Shown: in pieces, positions 35,090 to 47,880 of the stretch | Layout: each line of letters opens with the position of its first letter | Numbering within the stretch: the first letter of the stretch is position 1 | Assembly: GCA_964016885.1 (NCBI GenBank) | Contig: OZ024764.1 | Span: 19,716,001 to 19,780,000, forward strand | DNA length: 64,000 nt | Direction: 5' to 3' | From: Eledone cirrhosa | Taxonomy: Eukaryota | Notes under the pieces: model-generated | What the model was told of the DNA's origin: nothing | Database searches by the model: none | Seen by the model: the letters and a program-made list of their open reading frames with translations, nothing else | Translations under genes and position numbers: made by a program

Positions 35090-38000
35090 GTTGGTGAGGA
35101 CAAGCTGGAAGTGGTGACATCTTTCTGCTACCTGTGTGACATGTCAGCTGGAAGTGGAGCCAAGTTCACTGCCATTGTGCTGTGCCTCTCCACAGGTAAC
35201 AAGTTTAGGCAGCTTCTCCTAATCCTCAAGACATGCTGGCTACCATTAGACACCATGGGGCAGGTTTATCACACCTGTGGGAGAAGTGTGTTGTTTCATG
35301 CCAGCGAGACCTGGGCCATGTTATCTGACTGTCTGAATTGACTCTGAAGAAATGACAGAGCTATGATCCACTGGATGTGTAGTGTGACCATTGAGGATGA
35401 TGTCAGCTCAACTGAGCTCCTAAAAAAACTGCTGATCGACAACCTCAAGGATGTGTTTCACAGGAGACACATGCACTGGTATGGCCATGTTGTGCATTCT
35501 CTCTCAACTCATCTATGCTTGGTCGTTGATGCACATTGACATTGCACATCCAACGGAGCATACTTGCTTCATTTTTCTCCAGCCGTTGCATATCCTCTGC
35601 AGTTGCTGTCCGTGTCTCACTACCGTGCAGCATCACACATCTCACGCAGGCATCACCAGCCATTCGTTCTTAGAGAGAAACCCTTCTTTGTCAACAGAGG
35701 AAGCAGCTCCCTAAACTTCTTCCAACCCGTCCTTATTCTAGATACTATGGCCTCTGGGCACCCTCCTCCCATGCTAATCTGATCACCTAGGTATCGGAAG
35801 CTATCAACCACCTCTGTAGATCCTTCCTGCATTTGAAAAATGTGTCTATCACTGCGACTTCTACTGTCAAATTTCCCTGTACATCTACTACATATGTATT
35901 TTTCCCTACCTGTTAGTTTGCCTGCTATCCCACTACATTTCTTGTGTACCCAAAATCTGCATTGTGTACATTATAGAATTTATGCCAGTTCCTTTTCTAC
36001 ATATTGAACAAGGCCATTTCCCTGATGGAATGACAGTTTTGTCCTCTTTTCTACTCATCAACACTTTAGTCTTAGCTAGGTTCACTCTCAGTCCTCTTGA
36101 TTCCAACTGCTGTTGCAATAGCCAGAATTTATTCTCTAGCTCCTTTACTGATTCTGCTATAAGAACCATATCGTCAGCATAGAGAACATGCCATGGGCAC
36201 CTAGTCTTAAACTCCTCTGTTATGACTTGGAGGATTATAATGAACACGAGCGGGCTGAGGACCGAACCCTGATGTACTCCTGCATCTGTAATTCCTCACT
36301 AAACTCCATGCCTACCCTCACTTTACTGACAGCACCTCTGTACATAGCTTGCACTGTCCTCACAAACTATTCCTCTACACCTAGTTTCCTTAGGGACCAC
36401 CAGATGACAGATTGGGGTACTCTATCAAAGGCCTTCTCTAGGTCAACAAAAATTAAGTATAGTGGTTTTCTTCTCTAAGAACCTCTCTTGTAGTTGTCTC
36501 ACTAAGAAGAGGGCATCTGTTTGACTCTTTCTCTAAGTTGCGCTAGTATTCTTTCTGTCACTTTCATAACCTGATCCATCAGTTTTATACCCCTATAATT
36601 ACTCCCCTCCAGAACATCCCCTTTACCTTTACCTCAATTTATGAGAATACTGCTGCACCAGTCTTTGGGTATGACATCACCATATATAGCTTGATTAATG
36701 ATGCATGCAACCAGTTTAATTCCTACTTCTCTTGATGCCTTCAGCATCTCAGCAACTATCCCCAACAGTCCAACGGACTTACCATTTTTCATTTCCTTAA
36801 TTGCCTCTTCGACCCTATAGTCGTCAATCTCAATAGCTGGTCCTTCTGTCGGGTCTACTGAAGGTAGCTCCCCTCCTATTCATTCTCCACATTCATCAGT
36901 CTCTCATAATGACATTTCCAGGCCTCCTTTTTTTTGAGTATCAGTGACACTAAGTGCACCAACATCCTGATTTACACTGACACACTGCCTTGCAATGCGG
37001 AACACTGCACACCTCTGATCTCCCCATTGCAGGACATTGGCAAACCTTCTACTCTCAGCCTTCCTGCATGTTAAGTAGACTTGACATCTAGCTTCTCTCT
37101 TAGTGGCTGTGAATCGGTCTCTACCCCTACCATTTTTCCAAGCCTTTTGTCTCTAATGGCTCTATCTACCATACTGTTCCACCACCAGGTCACCCTCTGT
37201 CTGGTTGGAGCTCTGCTCCAGCCACAAGTTTCTTCAGTAACCTGCAGTAAGTTGTCACGTAAGAAATTCCAGTTATCATCCATGACTCTAAATCGTCTTC
37301 TTTTTCGTCATACACATCTTGAAGGGCTTCCCTAAATTTATATTTTAGTGAAAGGTCTTTTAGTTTCCAGACCTTCCTTTTTCACACTTTCTTGTATGTC
37401 TCTCTTTGTCTCTTGCTTACCGAGATGTCACTAACGACTAACCTATGTTGGGGGGTTACATTGTTCCCTGGGGTATGCCTTAGTATTTGACACCATCTAT
37501 CTGTCTTACTGCCTAACTAGCAAGAAGTCAATCTGTCTCAGGTGTTCACCTGATTGGTAGGTTATTAGGTGGTTGGTAGGTTTATTGAAGTGTTGCAAAT
37601 GGTTAGTTCACTTGCATCACAAAATACAAGAAGCCTCACTCCTTCTTCATTTCTTGAGCCATAACCATGACCACCATGTACCCCAGTGTATCCATCCTCG
37701 AGCTGTCCAACATGACTATTGAAGTCCCCTGCTATTATAACTAGGTCTCTGTCATTGTGGTTATCTCTACTTATTCCTTTCTACATATGGAGCAGGGCCA
37801 CTTTCCTGAAGGGGTCAGTGTCTTCTCTCCTATCCATTAGCACTTTAGTTTTGGCTAAGTATATTCTCAGAACTTATCATTTCAAATTCTATATCTATAG
37901 TTGGTCATCTACATAGAGAAGTTTCCATAGACAGCCAGTCTTAAACCTCTCTGTTATGGCTTGGAGAACTATGATGAACAACAGTGGGCTAAGAACTAAA

Positions 38001-38091
38001 CCATGATGAACTCCTACCTGTACCTTCAATTCCTCACTAAACACGCTTTACTGACAGCTTCTCACAAGCCATTCTTCTACACCTAATTTCT
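35090..38091. mobile_element. Old RTE fragments (+ at 35090-35490; - at 35490-38091)
   Basis: Paralog of 14015-16758; retains extra endonuclease sequence at ~37585-37735. Confidence 0.85.
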
Positions 38092-38095
38092 TTAA

Positions 38096-38303
38096 CCCTT
38101 TAGTATATAAACTGGCCATATCTGGCCAGAATTCTCCCACATCTTTCTGTAAAAACTGGCTGTAACTGGTCATTTATACTTATGTTAAGGTATTGTTCTC
38201 AAAATAAATAACATGAAAATCTCATAGATTTGATATTATGTGAGATAAAGCATTTACTGTGAAAATATAATAGTAAATATAGAGTAATGTGAATACTAAA
38301 GGG
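38096..38303. mobile_element. piggyBac-type MITE (paralog)
   Basis: TTAA flanks and CCCTTTAGTAT TIRs. Confidence 0.88.
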
Positions 38304-38304
38304 T

Positions 38305-38792
38305 TAATCTGATGTCACTAATAACTACTTTTATCAGTCAGTATAATCTAATGTCACTAATAACTACATTTATCAGTCAGTTTAATCTAATGTCACTAAT
38401 AACTACTTTTATCAGTCAGTTTAATCTAATGTCACTAATAACTACTTTTATCAGTCAGTATAATCTAATGTCACTAATAACTACTTTTATCAGTCAGTAT
38501 AATCTAATGTCACTAATAACTACTTTTATCAGTCAGTTTAATCTAATGTCACTAATAACTACTTTTATCAGTCAGTTTAATCTAATGTCACTAATAACTA
38601 CTTTTATCAGTCAGTATAATCTAATGTCACTAATAACTACTTTTATCAGTCAGTATAATCTAATGCCACTAATAACTACTTTTATCAGTCAGTATAATCT
38701 AATGTAATAACTACTTTTATCCGTCAGTTTAATCTAATGTCACTAATAACTACTTTTATCAGTCAGTATAATCTACTGCCACTAATAACTAA
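38305..38792. repeat. 39-bp minisatellite, ~12.5 copies
   Basis: Same unit as 16967-17262. Confidence 0.95.
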
Positions 38793-39753
38793 CCTATGTT
38801 AGTCAGCACATTCTTCACCAAGGAAGGCCTTAGTATTTATTACAATCCATTTATCAATATAGAAATATTATATGAAATTTTTACTGATGTATTACAAGTT
38901 TCTGAGTATCTTATAATGTTCTTTTATTATTTCAGAATACCAGAGGACATTGGCATTAAAGAGCATGTTACATCAGAAATATCCTCAACATTAACCATTT
39001 CTAATGAAAGACACTACCCATCATTTTCAAATAATTTTGAAAACACTCAACACTTTGAAGGGATTTAGTAATATAACTAAATTTCTCAGTATTAAGCTGC
39101 TATTTGGAACATAACTTTGAACAATTTCATGAAGTTATAATGGAAAGTTTTTAGATAAATATAAACACTGGTAGGAAAAGGATAAAACACTTTTATATCA
39201 GTTGTTTCATCAACACCATTATTTAAAGACTAAAGGAAGCTGTTATACAGAACAGATACAACCTTGTTTATATAAATCTATGGGAGAAATACTGTGAAAT
39301 ATTTCTTGTAAACTCAATAACACTTCTATTCTTTGCTGTCTTGAATATGTAGAAGATACAAAATAAAGCTGAAGAAATTTACACATGATTTTGTAAGATC
39401 TTCATATATTGACAAAGATCATAGTAGATGGAACTACAGGAGTAGAAATATTTCCATTATTACAGGAATAACTAATCAAATGAAGACCAGAAAAATTAGA
39501 TTCTTCGCTGTCTGGAATATGTACAAGATGATTTTATATGTATATTAAACTTGAAGAGATCTACAAAACAGTTTGTATCATCTTTAAATATAAAGAAAGA
39601 CCAAAGTTGATAGAAATAAATCTGGAGGAATATGTTTTAGGAATAATATTATAAACATAAAGAAGAAAACTATCCATATATTGCGAGGAGAAAAATATTA
39701 AAACTGTGAATTATGTGAGAAACTGAGGTGATTGATATCTTTTATTAGGAGTT

Positions 39754-41373
39754 ATGTCGAAAAATATAGTAAAATCACCATTCCACTGTGATATCTGTGG
39801 TAAATCGTTCACTAAAAATACTAACTTAACTAGACACAAAGTAAATCATACAGAAGAGAAGCCAAATCACTGTGATATCTGTGGCAAATCATTCTCTCAT
39901 AGTAATCACCTAACTACTCACAAACGTATTCATACAGGAGAGAAGCCTTATAAGTGTGTTATCTGTAACAAATCATTCAGTCACAGTAGTAGCGTCAGAG
40001 TTCACAAACAAATTCATACAGGAGAGAAGACGCATCACTGTGACATCTGTAGTAAATCATTCTCTTGCAGATATAGATTAACTAAACACCAACTTATTCA
40101 TACAGGAGAGAAGCCATATCACTGTGACATCTGCGGTAATTCATTCTCTCAGAGTAATCACCTAACTACTCACAAACATATTCATACAGGAGAGAAGCCA
40201 TATCACTGTGACATCTGCGGTAATTCATTCTCTCAGAGTAATCACCTAACTACTCACAAACATATTCATACAGGAGAGAAACCATATCACTGTGACATCT
40301 GTGGTAAATCATTCTCTCAGAGTCATCACCTAACTACTCACAAACATATTCATACAGGAGAGAAACCATATCACTGTGACATCTGTGGTAAATCATTCTC
40401 TCAGAGTCATCGCCTAACTACTCACAAACGTATTCATACAGGAGAGAAACCATATCATTGTGACATCTGTGGTAAATCATTCTCTCATAGTAATCACCTA
40501 ACTACTCACAAACGTATTCATACAGGAGAGAAGCCTTATAAGTGTGATATCTGTAACAAATCATTCAGTCACAGTAGTAGCGTCAGAGTTCACAAACAAG
40601 TTCATACAGGAGAGAAGCCATATCACTGTGACATCTGCGGTAAATCCTTCTCTGACAGAAGTAGCTTTGTTAAACACCATCGTATTCATACAGGAGAGAA
40701 GCCATATCACTGTGATATCTGCGGTATTTCATTCTCTCAGAGAAATCACCGAATGACTCACAAACGTATTCATACAGGAGAAAAACCATATCACTGTGAT
40801 ATCTGTGGTAAAACATTCTCTGAAAATAATAATCTAACTACTCACAAACGTATTCATACAGGAGAGAAGCCATATCATTGTGACATCTTTGGTAAATCAT
40901 TTTCTCGTAGTCACCTAACTACTCACAAACATATTCATACAGGAGAGAAGCCATATCACTGTGACATCTGCGGTAATTCATTCTCTCAGAGTAATCACCT
41001 AACTACTCACAAACATATTCATACAGGAGAAAAACCATATCACTGTGATATCTGTGGTAAAACATTCTCTGAAAATAATAATCTAACTACTCACAAACGT
41101 ATTCATACAGGAGAGAAGCCATATCACTGTGATATCTGTGATAAATCATTCTCTCAGCATAAAACCTTAACTATCCACAAACGTACTCATACAGGAGAGA
41201 AGCCATATCACTGTGACATCTGTGGTAAATCATTCTCTCATAGTAATACCTTAGCTACCCACAAACGTACTCATACAGGAGAGAAGCCATATCCCTGTGA
41301 CATCTGTGGTAAATCATTCAGTCACCGTAGTAACTTAACTACCCACAAACGTACTCATACAGGAGTACTCTGA
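39754..41373 (+). CDS. Tandem C2H2 zinc-finger protein, 539 aa, 19 fingers
   Basis: Uninterrupted ORF of 28-aa CxxC-x12-HxxxH repeats with TGEKPY linkers; finger 14 is degenerate (CDIF, 1-aa deletion); no effector domain in this exon. Confidence 0.93.
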   Translation: MSKNIVKSPFHCDICGKSFTKNTNLTRHKVNHTEEKPNHCDICGKSFSHSNHLTTHKRIHTGEKPYKCVICNKSFSHSSSVRVHKQIHTGEKTHHCDICSKSFSCRYRLTKHQLIHTGEKPYHCDICGNSFSQSNHLTTHKHIHTGEKPYHCDICGNSFSQSNHLTTHKHIHTGEKPYHCDICGKSFSQSHHLTTHKHIHTGEKPYHCDICGKSFSQSHRLTTHKRIHTGEKPYHCDICGKSFSHSNHLTTHKRIHTGEKPYKCDICNKSFSHSSSVRVHKQVHTGEKPYHCDICGKSFSDRSSFVKHHRIHTGEKPYHCDICGISFSQRNHRMTHKRIHTGEKPYHCDICGKTFSENNNLTTHKRIHTGEKPYHCDIFGKSFSRSHLTTHKHIHTGEKPYHCDICGNSFSQSNHLTTHKHIHTGEKPYHCDICGKTFSENNNLTTHKRIHTGEKPYHCDICDKSFSQHKTLTIHKRTHTGEKPYHCDICGKSFSHSNTLATHKRTHTGEKPYPCDICGKSFSHRSNLTTHKRTHTGVL

Positions 41374-41684
41374 CAGTAGTACCTTAACCAAGCATGTGCG
41401 TATTCATACAGAAGTTTAGCTGTATCAATATCAAACTCATTACATCATACTACAACAACAACAACAATTGTGTAGATCCATCATCCTGACTAAAACTAGG
41501 GTTAACCTTGTAGGTTTTACCTATGACAGGGATCATAAACACCAGGTTTCCATTTTTGAAGTAGTGTTTGAAGATTTTGTGTAAATTAAAGTTTTTCACA
41601 TTAAACTTTTATTTATACTTTAACAGGTAAGATATATATTTGTATTTTTAGTAAAGTTGGGAACTTCTGTAATTTAAACCTGCC

Positions 41685-41690
41685 AATAAA
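41685..41690 (+). terminator. Putative polyadenylation signal of ZNF copy 2
   Basis: AATAAA with a downstream GT-rich tract; paralog of 18494. Confidence 0.5.
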
Positions 41691-42067
41691 ATGAAAACTT
41701 TTGTTGTTGCTAGTCTGACATTGATATTAATTCTATTGTCCTGTACATTGTCTCAAATATCACAGATTAAACAGATTTTAACAATAACAACAGAAATCAA
41801 TAACTTGTAAGCCTAATATCTAGCTTCCATTTTAACCATTTGATATTGTTGTTCCCCTCCTGTCTCTTCAGGTCTTTTCGATTTCAACTTCTATCTACTG
41901 TACTATTCCATCACCAAGGCAACATTCATCTGGCTGGCAGCTTACATCAACTACAGATCTCATCAGTGGTTCACAACAGGCTGTCTGAAAGAAACTTCCA
42001 GATATCTTCTATGTCATAGCTATCAATCTCCTCCTCCTTATCATATGTATTATGTAGAACATCTCTG

Positions 42068-42640
42068 AATTTATATTTAACAGGGAGATTTTTTACTGTC
42101 CCTACCCTTTTCTCTGGGTTGTTTTGTACCTCTCTCACAGTCCCTCTAGATCTTATATTTAACAGGGAGATCTTTTACTGTCCCTACCCTTTTCTCTAGG
42201 TTGTCTTGAGCCTCTCACAGTCCCTCTAGATCTTATATTTAACAGGGAGATATTTTACTATCCCTACCCTTTTCTCTAGGTGGTGTTGTACCTCTCTCAC
42301 AGTCACTCTAGATATTATAGTTAACAGGGAGATCTTTTACTGTCCCTACCCTTTTCTCTAGGTTGTCTTGTACCTCTCTCACAGTCCCTCTAGATCTTAT
42401 ATTTAACAGGGAGATCTTTTACTCTCCCTACCCTTTTCTCTAAGTTGTCTTGTACCTCTCTCACAGTCCCTCTAGATCTTATATTTAACAGGGAGATGTT
42501 TTACTGTCCCTACCTCTTTCTCTAGGTTGTCTTGTACCTCTCACAGTCCCTGTAGATCTTATATTTAACAGGGAGATCTTTTACTCTCCAACCCTTCTAT
42601 CTCCAGATAGTCTTGTATCTGTCAGTCCCTCTAGATATTA
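42068..42640. repeat. 82-bp minisatellite, ~7 copies
   Basis: Same unit as 19255-19750. Confidence 0.93.
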
Positions 42641-42914
42641 CACCTAGTATCTAGTCTATGTTGAGTGGTACGTCCTTCTCCAGTAAAGGAGTTAATATTC
42701 CCAACCATCTGTCTATCCTGTTTTCTGATGAGAATGAAGTCAATCTAGTTTATCTCTTCACCTGATTGAAGTAACTAGATCAAGTAACTAGATGTTTTCC
42801 TGTAAGTTAGTGTTGCAGTGTTTGTGTCACCATGTAAGGTTTATATCTATTAATATAGAGATGTAGTAAAGTTTTCACTGTTGTATCTCTATTTTCTAAA
42901 TATCTTAATGTTTC

Positions 42915-43271
42915 TCTACTATTTCAAAATATCACATGACCTTGACAGAAAAGAGTCTTAAAGACAACAGAAAGATGTTACATACAAGTGATATAAACTT
43001 GTTTAGTCTGTGGTGAATTATAATGAAATATTTCTTCTGAGTCGAGATAAATAACAACATTTTCCTTTTTCACTGTCTGGAATATTTACAAGATGATTTT
43101 ACGTTCTGATTAAACTTTGGATATTTACAAAGGAGTTTTCAAAATATTTGGATAAAATTATGAACAATAGAAATATTTACATCAACATAGGAATATTTTC
43201 CAGAAGAGATGGGAAAATCATTATACCACTGTAATATTTGTGGTAAAGTATTCTCTCTTCTTTATATGTAG
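42915..43271 (+). pseudogene. Relic of a second ZNF-type exon
   Basis: Leader homologous to the ZNF upstream region, then ATG at 43209 reading MGKSLYHCNICGKVFS (half a finger); paralogs at ~20010-20300 and ~59610-59990. Confidence 0.65.
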
Positions 43272-43405
43272 AACATAAACACTTTAATTAACACTTTAAT
43301 TAACAAACTATTGTTCTATAGAATTGACAAACTTGAGGAATGTTTAATAAATGTTACAGATTTCTCCAAACTGTCGTTTACTAACTTTAATTTGAAACTA
43401 TATTA

Positions 43406-43598
43406 TCTATATACTACTAAATCTCTGTGATTGTGTCTTGTCCGTAATTTAATACAGCTAAAACAGTGCATAATGGGGAAATACTTTGAAAAGAATAAAA
43501 CAAGTTTTGTATAAATTGGGGCACAAGTTCCCAAGATACGGGGTTTTCTGGGTACCTTCATAAATATAGGGAGAGAAAGAGATAGTGGTTGTGAGAGA
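43406..43598 (+). mobile_element. Helitron 5' half (3' half deleted)
   Basis: A|TCTATATACTAC start; joins directly to sequence equivalent to 60786. Confidence 0.75.
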
Positions 43599-43682
43599 AG
43601 ATATTTCAGTAAGAAGGTTCACATCATGACATCTATAGCTGTTAACAAGGAGGTTGGAATTCATTATTAAACAAATGTTATA

Positions 43683-44530
43683 TCATCATCACTGTTTTAC
43701 ATCAGTTTTTCCACGCTGGCATGGGTTAGACGAGTTATCCTGTTGTAAGCAATGCCAGGTCAGGTGACTACGTGTTACTCCTACAAAACCAATTTTGGTT
43801 TGGTTTCTACAGCTGGATGCCCTTCCTAGCACCAACCTTATTTACATTGAGTACTGGGTGCTTTTTACTATGTCATCAACTCGACTACTTCACAGTGTGG
43901 GCTGGGTACTTTTTTACTTTTTGTCATGACCACTTTACATGACCACTTTACAATGTGGAATGGGTACTTTTTGTTGTGACACCTACATGACCACTTTACA
44001 GTGTGGACTGGGTGGTTTTGTTGTGACACCTACATGACCACTTTACAGTGTGGATTGAGTACTTTTTGCCATGACACCTACATGACCACTTTACAGTGAG
44101 TACTGGGTACTTTTTGTTGTGACACCTACATGACCACTTTACCGGGTGGACTGGGTACTTTTTACCATGACACCTATGTGACCACTTTACAGTGTGGATT
44201 GGGTAATTTTTGTCGTGACACCTACATGACCACTTTACAATGTGAAATGGGTACTTTTTGTTGTCACACCTACATGACCACTTTACAGTGTGGACTCGGT
44301 ATTTTTGTTGTGACACCGACATGACCACTTTACAGTGTGGACTGGGTACTTTTTGTCATGACACCTACATGACCACTTTACAGTGTGGACTGGGTACTTT
44401 TTGCCATGACACCTATGTGACCACTTTACAGTGTGGACTGGGTGCTTTTTGTTGTGACACCTACATGACCACTTTACAGTGTGGACTGGCTACTTTTTGT
44501 CATGACACCTACACAACCTCTTTACAGTGT
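43683..44530 (-). repeat. Old RTE 3' tail plus 48-bp minisatellite (~12-13 copies)
   Basis: Uninterrupted paralog of 21654-25580. Confidence 0.9.
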
Positions 44531-44626
44531 TGGCAGTGAAATCTAATGTACCAGCTTCAGTAATCAGAAGATACATAATATACATATATACACACACACA
44601 CACAAACACAAATATATATATATATT

Positions 44627-46692
44627 CAGTGGTACCTTGACTTACGAGTGTCCCAACTAATAAGTTTTTTGAGATTCGAGCCCTCTCTCGGCTGATTTTT
44701 TAAGTTGAGTTCCAGAGTAAAATTCGGGTTACGAGTCAGCTTCAGATGCCCCGCCACTAGTTGGCATAGTGACCGCCACAGGCAATACCATAACACCCGC
44801 CCAGCATCCCATGGCTTCGAAGAGAGTGAGGCGAAGGACAGTTCTGAGAAGAAGAAGCAGATGATGTGTATTGAATTAAAGAAAGAAATTATAGAAAAAC
44901 ATGACCAACGTGTGTGTGTAGTGGACTTGGTGAAGTAGTACGAGCGTAGCACTTCTACGATATGTACCATACTGAAGTAGGAGTTGATAAAGGCTATAAC
45001 CCCAGCTAAGGGTGGTAAAATAATTTCTAAACAGCGGACATCTATCCATGAAAATATGGAAAAGCTGCTGATGGTGTGGTTGACGGAGAAGCAGCTCACA
45101 AGAGATACTGTGATGAAGATTATAATATGTGAGAAGGCACGAGCTATTTACGCTGATTTGCTGCAGCAGACCCCAGGTACTTCTATGGACGAGGCATCGG
45201 CAAGCCCTTTAATGCCAGTCGGGGTTGGTTTGAGAATTTTAAAAAGAGGACCGGCATTCACTCCGTTGTCGGGCATGGTGAGGCAGCGAGCGCGGATATG
45301 AAGGCAGCTGAGGATTACCTCAAAACCTTTGTCAGAATTATAGCAGCCGAAGGATACATCCCTCAGCAAGTCTTTAACTGTGATGAAACAGGACTTTTTT
45401 GGAAGAAGATGCCAAGGAGGACTTATATAACGGCAGAGGAGAAGAGGATGCCTGGCCACAAACCCATGAAGGATAGGCTAACTCTCGCACTGTGTGCCAC
45501 TGAGCGGCGAGTGTAAGATTTAGTTGCCGCTCGTTTATCATTCAGAAAACTCCAGAACCTTTAAGTCACATAAGATTCTGAAGGAAAAACTGCAGGTTAT
45601 GTGAAAGGCAAACCCGAGGTCATGGGTCACCAGGTAGTTCTTTGTGGAGTGGGTGAATTTGGTCTTTGGTCCTGACGTTAAAAAATATCTCCATGAAAAT
45701 AACCTACCCCTGTAAACCCTTCTTGTCCTACATAATGCACCTGCTCACCCACCCACCCTCGAAGAGTTCAAGTTTATAAAGGTCCTCTACCTTCCACCAA
45801 ACACCACCCCTATCCTACAGCCCAAGGACCAGCAGGTACTTTCGAATTTCAAGAAGCTCTTCACCAAGCACCTGTTCAGTCGCTGCTTTGAAGTGACGGA
45901 GAGCACAAACTTCACCCTTGGGAGGTCTGGAAGGACCATTATAACATCGTGATATGCCTCAGAATTATCGATATGACCTGGCAGGGTCTTACAAAGAGGA
46001 CCTTGACCTCTACATGGAAGAAGCTGTGGCCTAAAGTTGTGTCTAAAACAGACTTTGAAAGACTCGAACCCGAAGCGGCAGTGGTGGAGGAGATTGTACC
46101 CCTCGGTAACTCCATGGGCCTGGACATGGATGAATGTGACATCAACGAGCTCATCAAGGAGCACTCCGAGGAACTGACAACGAAGGAATTAAAGGAGCTA
46201 CAGACACAGCAACACACGGAGGTTTTGCAGTAAATAGGTGACACAGAGGAGGTTATCTCAACAAGTGAGATGAAACAAACCTCATTAGACAGGTTCTTAT
46301 CGAAAATCCCTGCAGATAAAAGTGAGGAAAGCGTGGCGAAAAGGGCAAAAATCAGCGAATAAGATTCAGTTATTCAGTTCATCCTTTCTCCTCCGTCAAC
46401 ATCCTCAAGTCGTCTGATCTCCAAGATAGATGCTGTACATTATACTTAATAAAACCAGTTTATTGTAGTACATTCTATTGTATTGTTTTTTATATACAAT
46501 ATTTGTCATTTATAAGTACATTGTTCTTATTTAAAAACACGTAACAAAACAAACTGTGGTTTTTGGGGGGGTCTGGAACGGATTAATGGCTTTTTATTTT
46601 ATTTCAGTGGGGAAAATTGATTTGACATATGAGTAATTTAAGTTACGAGGTCCTCCACGGAACAAATTAAACTCATAAGTCAAGGTACCACA

Positions 46693-46693
<1 letters not shown>
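44627..46693 (+). mobile_element. Tigger/pogo DNA transposon with disrupted transposase
   Basis: TIRs cagtggtaccttgacttacgagt / actcataagtcaaggtaccacag in a (TA)n context; CENP-B-like HTH (IELKKEIIEKH), VFNCDETGLFWKKMP and LPPNTTPILQP motifs; many stops. Confidence 0.93.
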
Positions 46694-46727
<34 letters not shown>

Positions 46728-46729
46728 GG

Positions 46730-46900
46730 AACGATCGACTTTCGTCAAATCGGACCGAGGAAGCAATGTTTCCATTGGTCTTTCCAATTGCTAGTACGAT
46801 CGGTCGCAATTCCAGGTAGAAGGAACAACGTGAAATAAAGTGTCTTGCTCAAGGACATAACGCATCGCCTGGTCCAGGGAGCGAACTCACGACCTCAAGA
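46730..46900 (-). mobile_element. tRNA-derived SINE, inverted and 5'-truncated
   Basis: Reverse complement of ~6900-7073. Confidence 0.8.
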
Positions 46901-47714
46901 TATATATAGTTAAATATTAGACAGGAACAAAAAAACAGAGGCAGTGCAAACGGTAGTTTATACCGAGAGTGAGACAGGCAAACACATATATACCTCTACC
47001 ACTGTAAAACATAAAACGTATGTAAGGGGAGACAACTCTCGTTACATCCCCCTCTTCTTTTTGACATACATTATTTAGATACTTTGTACAATGGAATCTA
47101 CTTTATTTTGTGTCCTAAGTAGATTTCTGTTTAAGTATTTACGAGATTCACAATGATTCACGTAACCAAGTTACTTACATAGAGATATATTTCACATATA
47201 ATCACAACAAATGAAAATATTAAGTCAACACTCTGTCAATCAGTCTCACATCACATGGGGTGCTGGAGTCTCCCTCTAATACTTTCTGAGACAGTCTTAC
47301 CTCGAGTGATAGCAAGGCTAAGATGTTGGAACTACCAAACACCCTCATATGTATCACCTGACACCTCGGTAAGGAGAGCTGCCAACGATAACAAGAACCT
47401 CGTTGTCAGGGACCTATCTCCTCCAAACTTCTCCAACACCACAGACTAGAATATTCTACTCTTTATTCCCTATCAAATATATTTCAGTCTAGTCATTTGT
47501 CTTGTATCTTGTATATATATTTTCAAAACTAACTGTCACATTTGTGAGACCCCAGTTAGTGATGTTTTCGTCTCCCTCCCACATCCTCCATGCTGTAGTA
47601 ACAGTGAGGGTCACTGCTTCTGTAGACGAACGAAATAAAAGTTAAACTACCAGTAATTATCGGCAAAGTATTTATTCCAGTCTGTGATGTTTGAGAAGCT
47701 GGGCTGCTGACAAC

Positions 47715-47880
47715 GAAGTACCCGATGACTCTTCTGAGGGTACTTAGCTGTTCTGGCAACTTAGCCTCCATATGCCCCGATCTTACCGAGATACCTGGTG
47801 ATCTCTGTCAGGGTACTTAGCTGTTCTGGCAACTTAGCCTCCATATGACCCGATCTTACCGAGATACCCGGTCATCTCTG
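47715..47880. repeat. ~73-bp minisatellite, ~2 copies
   Basis: Same unit as 1170-1560. Confidence 0.85.

Larger units (their letters stand above)
26811..44560 (+). repeat. Segmental duplication unit 2
   Basis: Ordered blocks homologous to unit 1. Confidence 0.9.

Noticed and set aside
38312-38707. (MSLITTFISQxNL)n ORFs, also at 16974 and 56882
   Set aside because: Translation of a 39-bp minisatellite; no coding evidence.
39747-39756. Shine-Dalgarno-like AGGAG before the ZNF ATG
   Set aside because: Eukaryotic gene, spacing only 2 nt; chance match inherited by duplication.
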